56,443 bases of DNA from Nanobdellota archaeon (GCA_038045665.1 JBBSXW010000007.1:1-56443), one strand, 5' to 3'; shown: positions 37,308 through 46,859, numbered from the stretch's first letter. Numbers and translations are program-made. Notes: a model not told the origin generated them from the sequence alone.

Positions 37308-40300
37308 GTGTTTAATAAAAAGGTGGTGTGTTTGAGACTAAAATTTGGTGTTGCGAGACTTGGTATTCTTTTTCTTCTGATAGTCTTATCTTTTGTCATG
37401 ATTGGGTGTGTTCCTAGAGAGCCAGTTTTTATAGAAGCAAGTGCTGATGGTAGATGTACTACTATAAGTTTACCTGGATTATCAAGAAGCGGGAATGGCA
37501 TTTGCCAGAGAGAAGGCGGAGACTTCACGGTCTGTTCTGCAGAAAGACCTCCCCAATGTACTGGCATAAGCCAGATATGGAATATTGGGCAGTGTAGCAG
37601 GGAGCAAGATTGCACTAAACTCTTCAAGGGGGTTGATGTGGTTGTTACTTGTTGTTTGCCTGAAGGTGCACCGTCATTAATTGGAGAATGTAAAGAAAAG
37701 ACGATACCTAGTCAAGGAGTTCATAGCCCTAAATGGTTATGCGAAAACGTACAAAATGAAGATGGATTTACGATATGCGATAACAGTTATGATATACGGT
37801 GCGAATTGGGAGGGTTGTCTGAACTAGAGAAAGCAGCACGTGGTAGGGAATGTTTTGATCCGAAATGTAATACCGAGATTACTAGCGGGGTAGATGTTAC
37901 TGTTAGGTGCTGTAGGCCACCAGGAGAGCCAGCAATAGAGGCGCCAGAGCCAGAGGAACCTGGAAGTGGTGGAGCGGGTGTTACTACTATTTGTAGGTCT
38001 AGCGATTTAGGGTTTAATCCAAATTTAGAGTTTATAGATACAAATTGGGCTTGTTGTGTTGGGGAAAGATACCAAGGACAAAATGGTGGTTGGTGTTGCG
38101 ACGGCACACTAAAAAATAAATTGGAGATCAACTCTGATTTAATTGAAAATGATTTTTTAGGCGATGCGATATATACTTATAATGAGGACCAAAACGGGGC
38201 TATATATATTGCCTTATCTGGTCGGGATCCATTTGGTGAATATAGGCCTTATCCTGGCATAACCACTGAAAATGCAAATGAGTATACATTCAGTGGGCTC
38301 GATGAGAATAATCAGCTTGTTAGTGTTACAAGGAAACTGCTTTACTGCGAATCTCAATGTAAAATTTTTATTGGCAATGAAGTTGAAGATGCTATTGAAA
38401 GTGGAGAATGTGAGGGCGGAGCTGCTGGAAGTATCCTTGGAGAACCTCCTGAAGGATGCAGGATCTATGATTTTTCACAAGATTTAGGAATTAGAAGCTA
38501 TGTAGAAAATGGTAGAACAGGAATTGCGGCATGTGGTCTTAGTAACTCTGCTATAACTACTGGCGATCGGTTAAATCATACGGTATGCAGAAAAGCAGAA
38601 ATCAAATATGGAGATAAAGTTGCGGAAGTGGAATGTGGTGATAATATTTTTGATAGAGTTGATCCTCCAGATGCTATTTATAGCTTTAGAGCAATATGTT
38701 GTAGTCCTCCAGAAGTTTCCTATATTAACTGTCAAGAAGAATATGGAGAAGAATTTGCCTGCTATACTAATGAAGAGTGGGTAAATGCGGGTAGTCCGGA
38801 ACCTATACATGAAGTGGCTCCTGGATGTGATACTGGTAGCGAGAGTTTTGGTTATTGTGCTCCTTTAGTGGAGACTGGTGAGTTTATTAGAAGTCATGGT
38901 AGTGACCCAGATAGATGCGAGTTTGCTGAATTGAAATGGTTGACTCCTTCTGGAAAAGAAACTGAGGGAACATTTGGAAGCGGTGTTGGACAAAGACAAG
39001 GAGGGACTGGAAGCCAACAACCAGGACAAGAAGTAATTTTATTCGCTCTGATGGATTTGGATTGTAGCGAGGATAACGACATTAAATTCGATCTGAAAGA
39101 GGTTCGTGGAAGGGGACCATATCATTTAGAATATATAAATGCCGATTTTATCTTTAAAGACGGAGTGGTTTGGGCTAAGAAAACACTTGAATGGACAAAC
39201 TGGGAACTTGTATTTCAGAGTGTACAGAATCCTCAGTTTAGATTTAATCTAGTAAGTGATGGAAGACCTTCTCAATTATCGGATATTTTAACTGTTTTGA
39301 GGCCAACAGAAGAATGTGGTGATGGAAGAATAGATCCTGTAGAAGAAGCCTGTGATGACGGAAATACTGCTTCAGGCGATGGATGCAGCGCTAGTTGTCA
39401 AAAAGAGGAAGGATGGATATGCAATGGTGGGCCAAGTATTTGTAGTGAGAATTGTGGTGATGGGAAAATTGTTGGTGGTGAGAGATGTGATGATAGGAAT
39501 AAAGGAAATGGAGATGGGTGTAATGCAGACTGCAGGATAGAATCTGGATGGAGCTGTAGTGGAGAGCCTAGTGTTTGTCAAAAATGTGGTAATGGCATAA
39601 GAGAAGGGAATGAAGTTTGTGATGATGGAAATACTGCTCCTGGTGATGGGTGTTATGGTTGTGCTATAGAAGACGGCTGGAGTTGTATTGGGGATTTAGG
39701 TGAGCAGAGTGTTTGTACTGAAAACCTGGAGCCATGCCATATATTTAATGCACGATGGAGAAGTTCTAGCGGCGCTATATTAAATGATGGGGCTCATGTG
39801 ATTGGCACTGCAACAGAAGATGGTTATGTAGATGGAGCCCAAGTTTACTTATCTGTCGAAGGAGATGAAAGTTGTAGAGGCAGAACTGCTAAATTTACAA
39901 TTTATGAAGATGATTCTGGAGGGGAAACAAGCGAAGATATAGCTAACATTATAGATGGCGTGAGGTTTTTTGTTGGAGATACCATTATTATTGCATTTGA
40001 AGAATATTTCCCTGTTTGGTTTGATGAGAATCTGCCTCCTTGGGAAGGTGATGATGATCCTGAGTATTATTTTGTAGTTGAAACCGCTATTACAAATGAT
40101 GAACCTTTGATTTCTGGGAAGATTAATGTTGATAGACCTAGAGCTACCCAATGTAATGATGGAAGCGATAACGATGCGGATGGGTTGAGAGATTTGGATG
40201 ATCCTGGATGTTGGGATGAAAATGGAGAATACGATATTAATGACGATAATGAGGGAGATAGAAATCCGCAGTGTCAAGATGGCGATGATAATGATGATGA

Positions 40301-40394
40301 TGGATTAAAAGATTGGCCTGCTGATCCTGGATGCTGCGATGATCCTAGATATGGTAGATGCGATCATAGGGATAATAGCGAGGGTAGTGCCTAG
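37308..40394 (+). CDS. Giant secreted cysteine-rich repeat protein (lipobox-like signal, three CGDG...CDDGN...GDGC repeats, Asp-rich DNDxDG C-terminal repeats)
   Basis: The N-terminus is LGILFLLIVLSFVMIGC. Three modules end in CC[LRS]P. Three copies of CG[DN]G-x7-CDDGN-x3-GDGC-x-C-x3-GW-x-C match the myxococcal cysteine-rich repeat type. Two copies of C-x-DG-x-DND-x-DG-x2-D-x2-DPGC are present. The gene appears richer in G+C than its neighbours by eye. Confidence 0.8.
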   Translation: MFNKKVVCLRLKFGVARLGILFLLIVLSFVMIGCVPREPVFIEASADGRCTTISLPGLSRSGNGICQREGGDFTVCSAERPPQCTGISQIWNIGQCSREQDCTKLFKGVDVVVTCCLPEGAPSLIGECKEKTIPSQGVHSPKWLCENVQNEDGFTICDNSYDIRCELGGLSELEKAARGRECFDPKCNTEITSGVDVTVRCCRPPGEPAIEAPEPEEPGSGGAGVTTICRSSDLGFNPNLEFIDTNWACCVGERYQGQNGGWCCDGTLKNKLEINSDLIENDFLGDAIYTYNEDQNGAIYIALSGRDPFGEYRPYPGITTENANEYTFSGLDENNQLVSVTRKLLYCESQCKIFIGNEVEDAIESGECEGGAAGSILGEPPEGCRIYDFSQDLGIRSYVENGRTGIAACGLSNSAITTGDRLNHTVCRKAEIKYGDKVAEVECGDNIFDRVDPPDAIYSFRAICCSPPEVSYINCQEEYGEEFACYTNEEWVNAGSPEPIHEVAPGCDTGSESFGYCAPLVETGEFIRSHGSDPDRCEFAELKWLTPSGKETEGTFGSGVGQRQGGTGSQQPGQEVILFALMDLDCSEDNDIKFDLKEVRGRGPYHLEYINADFIFKDGVVWAKKTLEWTNWELVFQSVQNPQFRFNLVSDGRPSQLSDILTVLRPTEECGDGRIDPVEEACDDGNTASGDGCSASCQKEEGWICNGGPSICSENCGDGKIVGGERCDDRNKGNGDGCNADCRIESGWSCSGEPSVCQKCGNGIREGNEVCDDGNTAPGDGCYGCAIEDGWSCIGDLGEQSVCTENLEPCHIFNARWRSSSGAILNDGAHVIGTATEDGYVDGAQVYLSVEGDESCRGRTAKFTIYEDDSGGETSEDIANIIDGVRFFVGDTIIIAFEEYFPVWFDENLPPWEGDDDPEYYFVVETAITNDEPLISGKINVDRPRATQCNDGSDNDADGLRDLDDPGCWDENGEYDINDDNEGDRNPQCQDGDDNDDDGLKDWPADPGCCDDPRYGRCDHRDNSEGSA

Positions 40395-40405
40395 TATAAA
40401 GAGAA

Positions 40406-40648
40406 TTATTGTTGCCTTTTCTTCTTCTTAATTTTTATTTTTGGCGCATTTAGAATTTCAAGTATAAATTCTAATTCTTTGACTCGTGCCTGCAATTCAT
40501 TAATTTTCCTATCATAATTGTAGTGTTTATCTTTAACTCGTAAAAATGATACATTAGTTGCTTGTTTATGCTGTTTAAATTTCTCTACTAATATTTTAAA
40601 TGCTTCTGAACGAGCTAAAAACCAATCACCAATTGGAATATTAATCAC
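40406..40648 (-). CDS. Small coiled-coil protein with basic tail, unknown function
   Basis: 80-aa ORF ending in KIKIKKKKRQQ. Confidence 0.3.
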   Translation of the reverse strand: MINIPIGDWFLARSEAFKILVEKFKQHKQATNVSFLRVKDKHYNYDRKINELQARVKELEFILEILNAPKIKIKKKKRQQ

Positions 40649-40730
40649 CTCTTATTATTATATTTTTCAATAAACAGACTATATAAAATTTTTCATTATC
40701 TTTATATATCTGGTTTAATCTTTATTTAAT

Positions 40731-41801
40731 ATGAAAAAAAGAGGACAGGTTACGGTTTTTGTTATTTTGGGGATTGTTATAGTTGTTGCAGTTGTAATAT
40801 TAATATATTTGGCAGCAAGCAAGACAAGGACTGCTGAATCAGAGATTACTGCATCCCAAGTAGATATTGATAGTGCGATGAGAGAAGTTAATGAACTAGT
40901 CCATAGTTGCTTGGAAAAAATCGGTAAGGATGCGATTATTAGTGCTGCAACATATGGTGGATATGCGACTGTTACTACAGACATTTTCCATCCCGATAAT
41001 TGCTTTTCAGAGAACTATCGGCTCAAGAGAGTTGTATATAATGGGGCTGGAGATGACTGTTATCGAATTTCTTATGTATATCCGTGCGATGATAATCCGA
41101 GTAATTACTGTACTGGTGTTTTGGATGAACTAAAAACATCGCTAAGTGGTTCTGGTGATAGGGTAATAGAAAAGTGCCTTGAAAGATATGTAAATGTAGA
41201 ACTTGACCAGTGCACTAAAGATTTTCGAAGTATTCGATCTAATGGATGGGAAGTTGTCAATGATGTTGTGCCTTTAGGTTCGGATGGGACTGCGGAGCCA
41301 ACTAAATATTATAGAACAAATGTTGTTCTCGATCCTGATGGAGGAACATTTTTTAACCTGCAGATTCCGAGGCGATTTAGTAAAGGAACTGATTCTTTTG
41401 TTATCAGCGATTTTAATTATGAAAGTGTAACTAATTTTCATAAATTGATAGGAGATTTAGCTTACGACTTAGTAAAAAATTATGCACTTGACAATGGCAG
41501 GTTGAGACCTGAGGTTGAGAGATCGGCTCGCTATGCTAGTTTTAATCCGAGTGGCTTTACATTTATATATGGTCAATCAACCATAACGCTAGCTAAAATT
41601 TTCGGTATCTGGGATAATCGTGATCCTGATGTGAAACTTTATTTTATGTTTAGTATTAAGAATTTTCCGTGTCAACCTGGCCAGGATCCGGCCATTGATA
41701 AGTGTTGCATTTCGGATGTCACCAATAGTGCGACCTGCTACACTGAACAAGAGCTCATGCAAGTGCTAAATGAGGTAAGGAGAGAGTGCGTGGAAGAATG
41801 A
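40731..41801 (+). CDS. Protein with class III (type IV pilin-like) signal peptide
   Basis: MKKRGQVTVFVILGIVIVVAVVILIYLAA has a basic residue, Gly and Gln followed by a long hydrophobic helix. This fits an archaeal prepilin-peptidase site (G^Q). A large Cys-containing ectodomain follows. Confidence 0.5.
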   Translation: MKKRGQVTVFVILGIVIVVAVVILIYLAASKTRTAESEITASQVDIDSAMREVNELVHSCLEKIGKDAIISAATYGGYATVTTDIFHPDNCFSENYRLKRVVYNGAGDDCYRISYVYPCDDNPSNYCTGVLDELKTSLSGSGDRVIEKCLERYVNVELDQCTKDFRSIRSNGWEVVNDVVPLGSDGTAEPTKYYRTNVVLDPDGGTFFNLQIPRRFSKGTDSFVISDFNYESVTNFHKLIGDLAYDLVKNYALDNGRLRPEVERSARYASFNPSGFTFIYGQSTITLAKIFGIWDNRDPDVKLYFMFSIKNFPCQPGQDPAIDKCCISDVTNSATCYTEQELMQVLNEVRRECVEE

Positions 41802-42265
41802 AGAAGAAGTATATTTTACTTGTAATTGCCCTGGTTTTCATCGTTGGTAATGTAAATGCCTTGCTTTTTGAATGGATATTGGAAAGGAGAGGGGCTGGGC
41901 AAGATAATGATCGTCCACCAGTCCAAAACTGCAACAATGACGGAATCTGCGACATAGGCGAAGGAAATAATGATTGTCCTAATGATTGTCCTGTTGAAAG
42001 AACTACACAAACAATTCAGCCACCAAGAACGCAACAAAATTTACCTATAGACGGCGTTAATAATTTAGCAAACGATAGAAGCGACAATACTTTATTTAAT
42101 CTGGTAATTGCTGTTATAGCTTCGATATTTTTTATTGTTTTAGTAATAAGCTTGTGGTTATGGCTGCATAAAAGCAAACAAAAAGATATCGAGAAAAAGA
42201 AGAATAATGAAATGCAAAATGTATTTGGCTTGCCGCGAAGACCGCAAAGAAGATTTGGCGTTTAG
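41798..42265 (+). CDS. Secreted Cys-rich protein with C-terminal TM anchor
   Basis: The ATG at 41798 overlaps the upstream stop as ATGA. It has the signal MKKKYILLVIALVFIVGNVNA, the motif CNNDGICDIGEGNNDCPNDCP and the TM helix LVIAVIASIFFIVLVISLWLWL. Confidence 0.5.
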   Translation: MKKKYILLVIALVFIVGNVNALLFEWILERRGAGQDNDRPPVQNCNNDGICDIGEGNNDCPNDCPVERTTQTIQPPRTQQNLPIDGVNNLANDRSDNTLFNLVIAVIASIFFIVLVISLWLWLHKSKQKDIEKKKNNEMQNVFGLPRRPQRRFGV

Positions 42266-42338
42266 AACTCAATAAAAATTATTTTTGCAAAAATTGAAAA
42301 CCGCAACATTTAAGTATTAAAGATTCGTTAGTTTCTAT

Positions 42339-42527
42339 ATGTTTAATACGTGGATTAAGATACTTGATGATATACAAAAAGAGGTATTGAAGAACTTTAT
42401 CATTTTAGGATGTTCTGTTTTTGCTTTTCTTCTTGTGAGTGGCATGTTTACAAGCCTTAGATGGCCTATTATACTTTTTGGATTGATTAATAACGAGAGA
42501 GTAGCTTCTCTGGGGAAAAAGAGGTGA
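42339..42527 (+). CDS. Small membrane protein
   Basis: 62-aa ORF with two hydrophobic segments. Confidence 0.3.
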   Translation: MFNTWIKILDDIQKEVLKNFIILGCSVFAFLLVSGMFTSLRWPIILFGLINNERVASLGKKR

Positions 42528-42528
42528 C

Positions 42529-42738
42529 ATGGAAAAGAAAAATGTAAGGGGTGTTACAGCATCAGACTACTTGCTTGCGTTTGTTGCCGTGATATTCTTT
42601 GCGTTTTTCTTGCAAAAATTATTGCCTAGATTAAGATTCTGGATCGACGACACTTCTGCAATAATATTTATGCTTGCATTTTTAGTGTTTATAATAAAGC
42701 CTTTGTATAAATTTGTGAGATATAGAAAGGCTACATAG
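42529..42738 (+). CDS. Small membrane protein
   Basis: 69-aa ORF with two TM helices. It starts 1 nt after the previous stop. Confidence 0.3.
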   Translation: MEKKNVRGVTASDYLLAFVAVIFFAFFLQKLLPRLRFWIDDTSAIIFMLAFLVFIIKPLYKFVRYRKAT

Positions 42739-43897
42739 ATTTAAGCCAATCTATTTCTTCTTGCGTTAAATCTAAATCGCTTATTTCATTGTTATTTCGG
42801 TATATTATTTTTATTAGAGGCAATATTTCTTTTCTTACTTTAGAAATAGAGTCATGCGTTTTTTCAGAGATTTTCCTGGCTATTTCTTTTCCTTTTAGAT
42901 TTTTTTGATTTGCCCAGAAATATTTCAATAAACGAGAGCTTCTTTTATATTCTGGATAGGACAAAATGTTTGATGTTCTCGAGAGATTGATGCCTACAGT
43001 CATAAAGAAGTTTTCATAAACAAGAAATCTCCAGTGCTGCCGCCTTATTATTCTTTTTTTGAATTTGTCTGCTTTACTTAGACTTGAATAGGCTTTGTAT
43101 ATTTCATCTTTTTTTGTGTACTCCTTGGGAATATTTTCATCCAGCCAAAGCATTGCTTCATCTAAATTAAGGTCTGTTTCGTTCAAACTATTCAAAATCT
43201 TTTTCAAATCAGCGCTCCTGAATATTAGGCTAAGCGCGGTCGTAATAGAAGACAATCTTTCTCTTTCTCCTAATTCTAGGGAGATTAGCTCATTATTTTT
43301 TATAGAGGCTTGCAGATCATTTAAGGTAGCTCTAATATCTCCTTTGTTTTTTGACGCTAAATTTTTTATTAATTTAATGTCGAAGGCTATATTCTCTTTT
43401 TTACAAATTCCTGATAAATAGTCGATTAGTATTGTATCCTTTATTTGTTCTAAGTTTACTAGTGCAGTTTTTTTTCTTAGTAGGGAAAGTTTTTGCGAAA
43501 ATGGATCTGTAGTAGTCAACAAAACAGGCCATTTTGTGTTTTCAAGAAGATTTGCAATAGAAGGTATGCAGCCCCTATCTTGGGTTCCTGACAATGCATC
43601 TATATCATCTATAAGGACTAGGCGCCCTTTAGCAAATAGGCTGGCTTCTTTTATTGCTGGAGAGAGAATCTCTTCTATATTTGCTTTATTTCTTTGGTCT
43701 GAAGCATTAAGCTCAAGCAATTCATAATCCATGTCTTTCGCCATTATATGGGCGAGAGTTGTTTTACCACAGCCCGTTGGACCAGCGATTATTATTGGTT
43801 TTCTTTCTGCGATTAATCTCTTTACTTCCATAATCTTCTCTTTTGAGATAATCAGATCCCGAATAGTTTTTGGTTTATATTTTTGAATTAAATTCAT
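42731..43897 (-). CDS. rfcL: Replication factor C large subunit
   Basis: Walker A GPTGCGKTT, LIDDID, and a 4-nt overlap with rfcS upstream. Confidence 0.8.
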   Translation of the reverse strand: MNLIQKYKPKTIRDLIISKEKIMEVKRLIAERKPIIIAGPTGCGKTTLAHIMAKDMDYELLELNASDQRNKANIEEILSPAIKEASLFAKGRLVLIDDIDALSGTQDRGCIPSIANLLENTKWPVLLTTTDPFSQKLSLLRKKTALVNLEQIKDTILIDYLSGICKKENIAFDIKLIKNLASKNKGDIRATLNDLQASIKNNELISLELGERERLSSITTALSLIFRSADLKKILNSLNETDLNLDEAMLWLDENIPKEYTKKDEIYKAYSSLSKADKFKKRIIRRQHWRFLVYENFFMTVGINLSRTSNILSYPEYKRSSRLLKYFWANQKNLKGKEIARKISEKTHDSISKVRKEILPLIKIIYRNNNEISDLDLTQEEIDWLKSM

Positions 43898-44844
43898 TTT
43901 CCAATAAGACAGAATGATGCAAGAAGCGCTTCTAACTGAATATACTCATCTGAGCCTTCCACTAATCTGAATTCTATTTCTCCGCAAAGCTCTATTAGCT
44001 TTGCTTTGTCTTTATCGCTTATTTCTAAATTTAAGATTTCTTTTTGGATTTGTTTTAATACATCTAAACCACTAAGTCCGTGTTTTAACATTGAGTCTAA
44101 TAGCTTATCCCTACTTTTTGTAAATTCTCCCTGAAGTGAGAGCATTAACAATTCCTTTATTTCTCTTGGCTTAACTGCGTTTTCGATATTGTAGACTAAT
44201 TCGTCTGTAATTTTTTTATTCAGGGAGGCAGAGGTTTGCAATACGTTAATGGCTTTCCTTACATCTCCGTCTGCAATATTGACTATGGCCTCTATTGCCT
44301 TTTTATCCATAATTAATTTTTCTTTTTGCGTTATAACTTCTATTATTTTGGCCATTGCATTTTCATCTAAAGATTTGAATCTAAAGACGGTACATCTTGA
44401 TTGTATTGGTTCTATTATCTTTGATGAGAAATTGGCTATCAGGCAAAAACGAACGTTGTCGCTATAAATTTCCATTGTCCTCCTTAAAGCTTGCTGCGCT
44501 TCTTTCGTCAAAGCATCTGCTTCATCTAAAATACATAATTTGAATTGTGCATTTCCGATTGGTTTTGTTCTTGAAAAGTCTTTTACTGCATACCTAACGT
44601 GATCGATGCCTCTCTCGTCAGAAGCATTAGTTGACATCACATTTTCTTTCCAGTTATCGCCGTACAATTCTTTTGCTGCTGCTAAGATTAGAGAAGTTTT
44701 TCCCACTCCCGAAGGACCGGCAAACAATAGATTAGGTATGTTTTTCTGTTTAGTCAAAGCTGAGACTCTTTCTAAGATAAGATCTTGCCCTATGACCTCA
44801 GCGAATGTAGAGGGCCGATATTTTTCTGTCCAAACTGAGTTCAT
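43894..44844 (-). CDS. rfcS: Replication factor C small subunit
   Basis: WTEKYRP, GPSGVGKTS, ILDEADALT and the QSRC (SRC) motif. Confidence 0.92.
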   Translation of the reverse strand: MNSVWTEKYRPSTFAEVIGQDLILERVSALTKQKNIPNLLFAGPSGVGKTSLILAAAKELYGDNWKENVMSTNASDERGIDHVRYAVKDFSRTKPIGNAQFKLCILDEADALTKEAQQALRRTMEIYSDNVRFCLIANFSSKIIEPIQSRCTVFRFKSLDENAMAKIIEVITQKEKLIMDKKAIEAIVNIADGDVRKAINVLQTSASLNKKITDELVYNIENAVKPREIKELLMLSLQGEFTKSRDKLLDSMLKHGLSGLDVLKQIQKEILNLEISDKDKAKLIELCGEIEFRLVEGSDEYIQLEALLASFCLIGK

Positions 44845-44892
44845 AGATGTGCGATTATAGCCTGTTTTAAATAGATTTATATTTTTGAGAGA

Positions 44893-45225
44893 TTATTCTA
44901 TTTTCGCACCAGTTTCTATATCTTTCTCTGGTTGCAAGAGAACCACTTTATTCTTAAATACTGCTGCCAGAAGCATGCCTTGGCTTTCTATTCCCCTTAT
45001 CACTGTTGGCTCTAAATTTCTTATTACAATGATTTTCCTGTTTATTAATTCAGCACCGGAATAATGCTCCTTGAGGCCTGCAACTAACTGTATGTCATGC
45101 TCTCCTGTTCCGAGATCGACGAGCAGAATGTATAATTTGTCTGCGTTTGGGTGATCTTTAACTGCCTTTATTTTGCCAATCCTTATGTCTAATTTTTTCC
45201 AATCCTTAAAAGTTATCTTTTCCAT
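44893..45225 (-). CDS. Stand-alone tRNA-binding domain protein (Trbp111 / MetRS C-terminal domain-like)
   Basis: FKDWKKLDIRIGKIKAVKDHPNADKLYILLVDLG...ESQGMLLAA is the OB-fold tRNA-binding domain. It starts 2 nt after the metG stop. Confidence 0.8.
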   Translation of the reverse strand: MEKITFKDWKKLDIRIGKIKAVKDHPNADKLYILLVDLGTGEHDIQLVAGLKEHYSGAELINRKIIVIRNLEPTVIRGIESQGMLLAAVFKNKVVLLQPEKDIETGAKIE

Positions 45226-45227
45226 TT

Positions 45228-46859
45228 TTATTTTATTTTAAATTCTGTTACTTTTGAGGCTTTTTCCTTGAGGTCTTTTATTTTTTCTTCGGTTATTTTT
45301 TCAAATAGTATTCTTGGTTTATTAATTTTTTTAATATTGAATTCTGTTAGTTTGCTCCAATCTTTTTCCTTGCAGTCTAGTAACTGAAGAATTTCTTCAG
45401 ATGCATTCGGCAGATACGGCTGAATTAACAACGCAAGAATCTTGCAGAGATTAATACAATTGAAAATAACATTTTCATTTTTATATTTCCATGGCTCATT
45501 GTCTTGAAAATATTTGTTACCGAGATCCGACAATTTTAAGATGTTTTCTAGCGCTTCCTTAAGCTCAACATTCTCTAACAAATTGATTACTTCTTTAGCC
45601 CTTGAATTTATTTCGTTATAGAATGCTTCGTCTCTTTCGCCATCAATAGTCCCATTGAAGTTTTTCCATGCAAAGGTCAATGTCCTGTTGATAAAATTAG
45701 AGAAGTTTCCTATAAGGTCTCCATTTATTCTATTCTGAAAATCGCTCCACAAAAATTCAGTATCGCCTGTCTCTGGTATCAGGTATGAAAGATAGAATCT
45801 CCAGTAGTCTGCATCAAGGCCGACATTCGGTAAATTCTCGCAGAACACTCCGTGGCCTTTGCTTTTTGAAAATTTGCTTCTTTCATAGTTCAAGTACTGA
45901 AGTCCTACTACATTATATGGCAGAGTAAAAGAGCCTTCAGCTAATAACTCTGCTGGGAAAAGGATTGTGTGAAATGGAATATTATCTTTGCCTATAAAAT
46001 GATAAATCTTTGAATTTTTATGTTTCCAAAATGTTTCCCACTTTTTTTGATTCCACTCTTTTGTTGCGCTGATGTATCCGATGGCTGCTTCGGCCCACAC
46101 GTATATTTTTTTTTCTTCATAACCCTTGAACGGCAATGCGACGCCCCAGTTGAGCTCTCTCGTAACATCTCTAGGTTTAAGACCTTTTTTAATCCAGGCA
46201 ATAGCCACGCTTCTTACTTGTTTCCGCCATGTTTTGTTTGAATCTATCCATTTTTTCAGTTTATCGGATAATTTTGGTAGATCTAGAAATAAGTGTTTTG
46301 TTTTTTTAAATTCTATTGTGCTATTTCCGCAGACAGTACATTTTGGATTCATTAAATCAAGTGGTTCAAGCAGATTACCGCATTTTTCGCATTGATCACC
46401 ACGAGCATTTTCATAGCCGCAAATTGGACACGTTCCTGTTATATACCTGTCTGCCAAGGATCTATTGCAGGTTGTGCAAAATGGAACACTGACTTGTTTT
46501 TCAATTAAGTAGCCATTTTTGTACATTTTAATGAAAAATTCTTTTGTTGTATCATGATGGATTTTTCTGCTTGTTCTTGAAAAATTATCATAGCTTATAT
46601 TGAACCAATCGTATATAGATTTGTGAACATTGAAAAAGAAATCGCAAAGCTCTTGATAAGTTACATTGTATTGCTGGGCGGCTATTTCTGAGGCAGTGCC
46701 ATTTTCGTCAGTGCCGCCTATCAAGACTGTTTCATAGCCAGCAAGACGACAGTAACGAGCGAATATGTCCGCCGGGAAATGGCTACCAACAATATTACCA
46801 ATATGGGGAACGTTATTCGTATATGGAAGCGCTGCTGTGATAAGGCGTTTTTCTTTCAT
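45228..46859 (-). CDS. metG: Methionyl-tRNA synthetase (core enzyme)
   Basis: ALPYTNNVPHIGN (HIGH), a zinc knuckle CxxC...CxxC insert and KFSKSKG (KMSKS). Confidence 0.92.
   Translation of the reverse strand: MKEKRLITAALPYTNNVPHIGNIVGSHFPADIFARYCRLAGYETVLIGGTDENGTASEIAAQQYNVTYQELCDFFFNVHKSIYDWFNISYDNFSRTSRKIHHDTTKEFFIKMYKNGYLIEKQVSVPFCTTCNRSLADRYITGTCPICGYENARGDQCEKCGNLLEPLDLMNPKCTVCGNSTIEFKKTKHLFLDLPKLSDKLKKWIDSNKTWRKQVRSVAIAWIKKGLKPRDVTRELNWGVALPFKGYEEKKIYVWAEAAIGYISATKEWNQKKWETFWKHKNSKIYHFIGKDNIPFHTILFPAELLAEGSFTLPYNVVGLQYLNYERSKFSKSKGHGVFCENLPNVGLDADYWRFYLSYLIPETGDTEFLWSDFQNRINGDLIGNFSNFINRTLTFAWKNFNGTIDGERDEAFYNEINSRAKEVINLLENVELKEALENILKLSDLGNKYFQDNEPWKYKNENVIFNCINLCKILALLIQPYLPNASEEILQLLDCKEKDWSKLTEFNIKKINKPRILFEKITEEKIKDLKEKASKVTEFKIK

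Noticed and set aside
45225-45230. Read-through or simple nonsense mutation as the cause of the MetRS / tRNA-binding-domain split
   Set aside because: The downstream ATG at 45225 is in a different frame from the metG stop at 45228..45230, so suppressing the stop would not fuse the two proteins. Only an indel, testable with reads, could do so.
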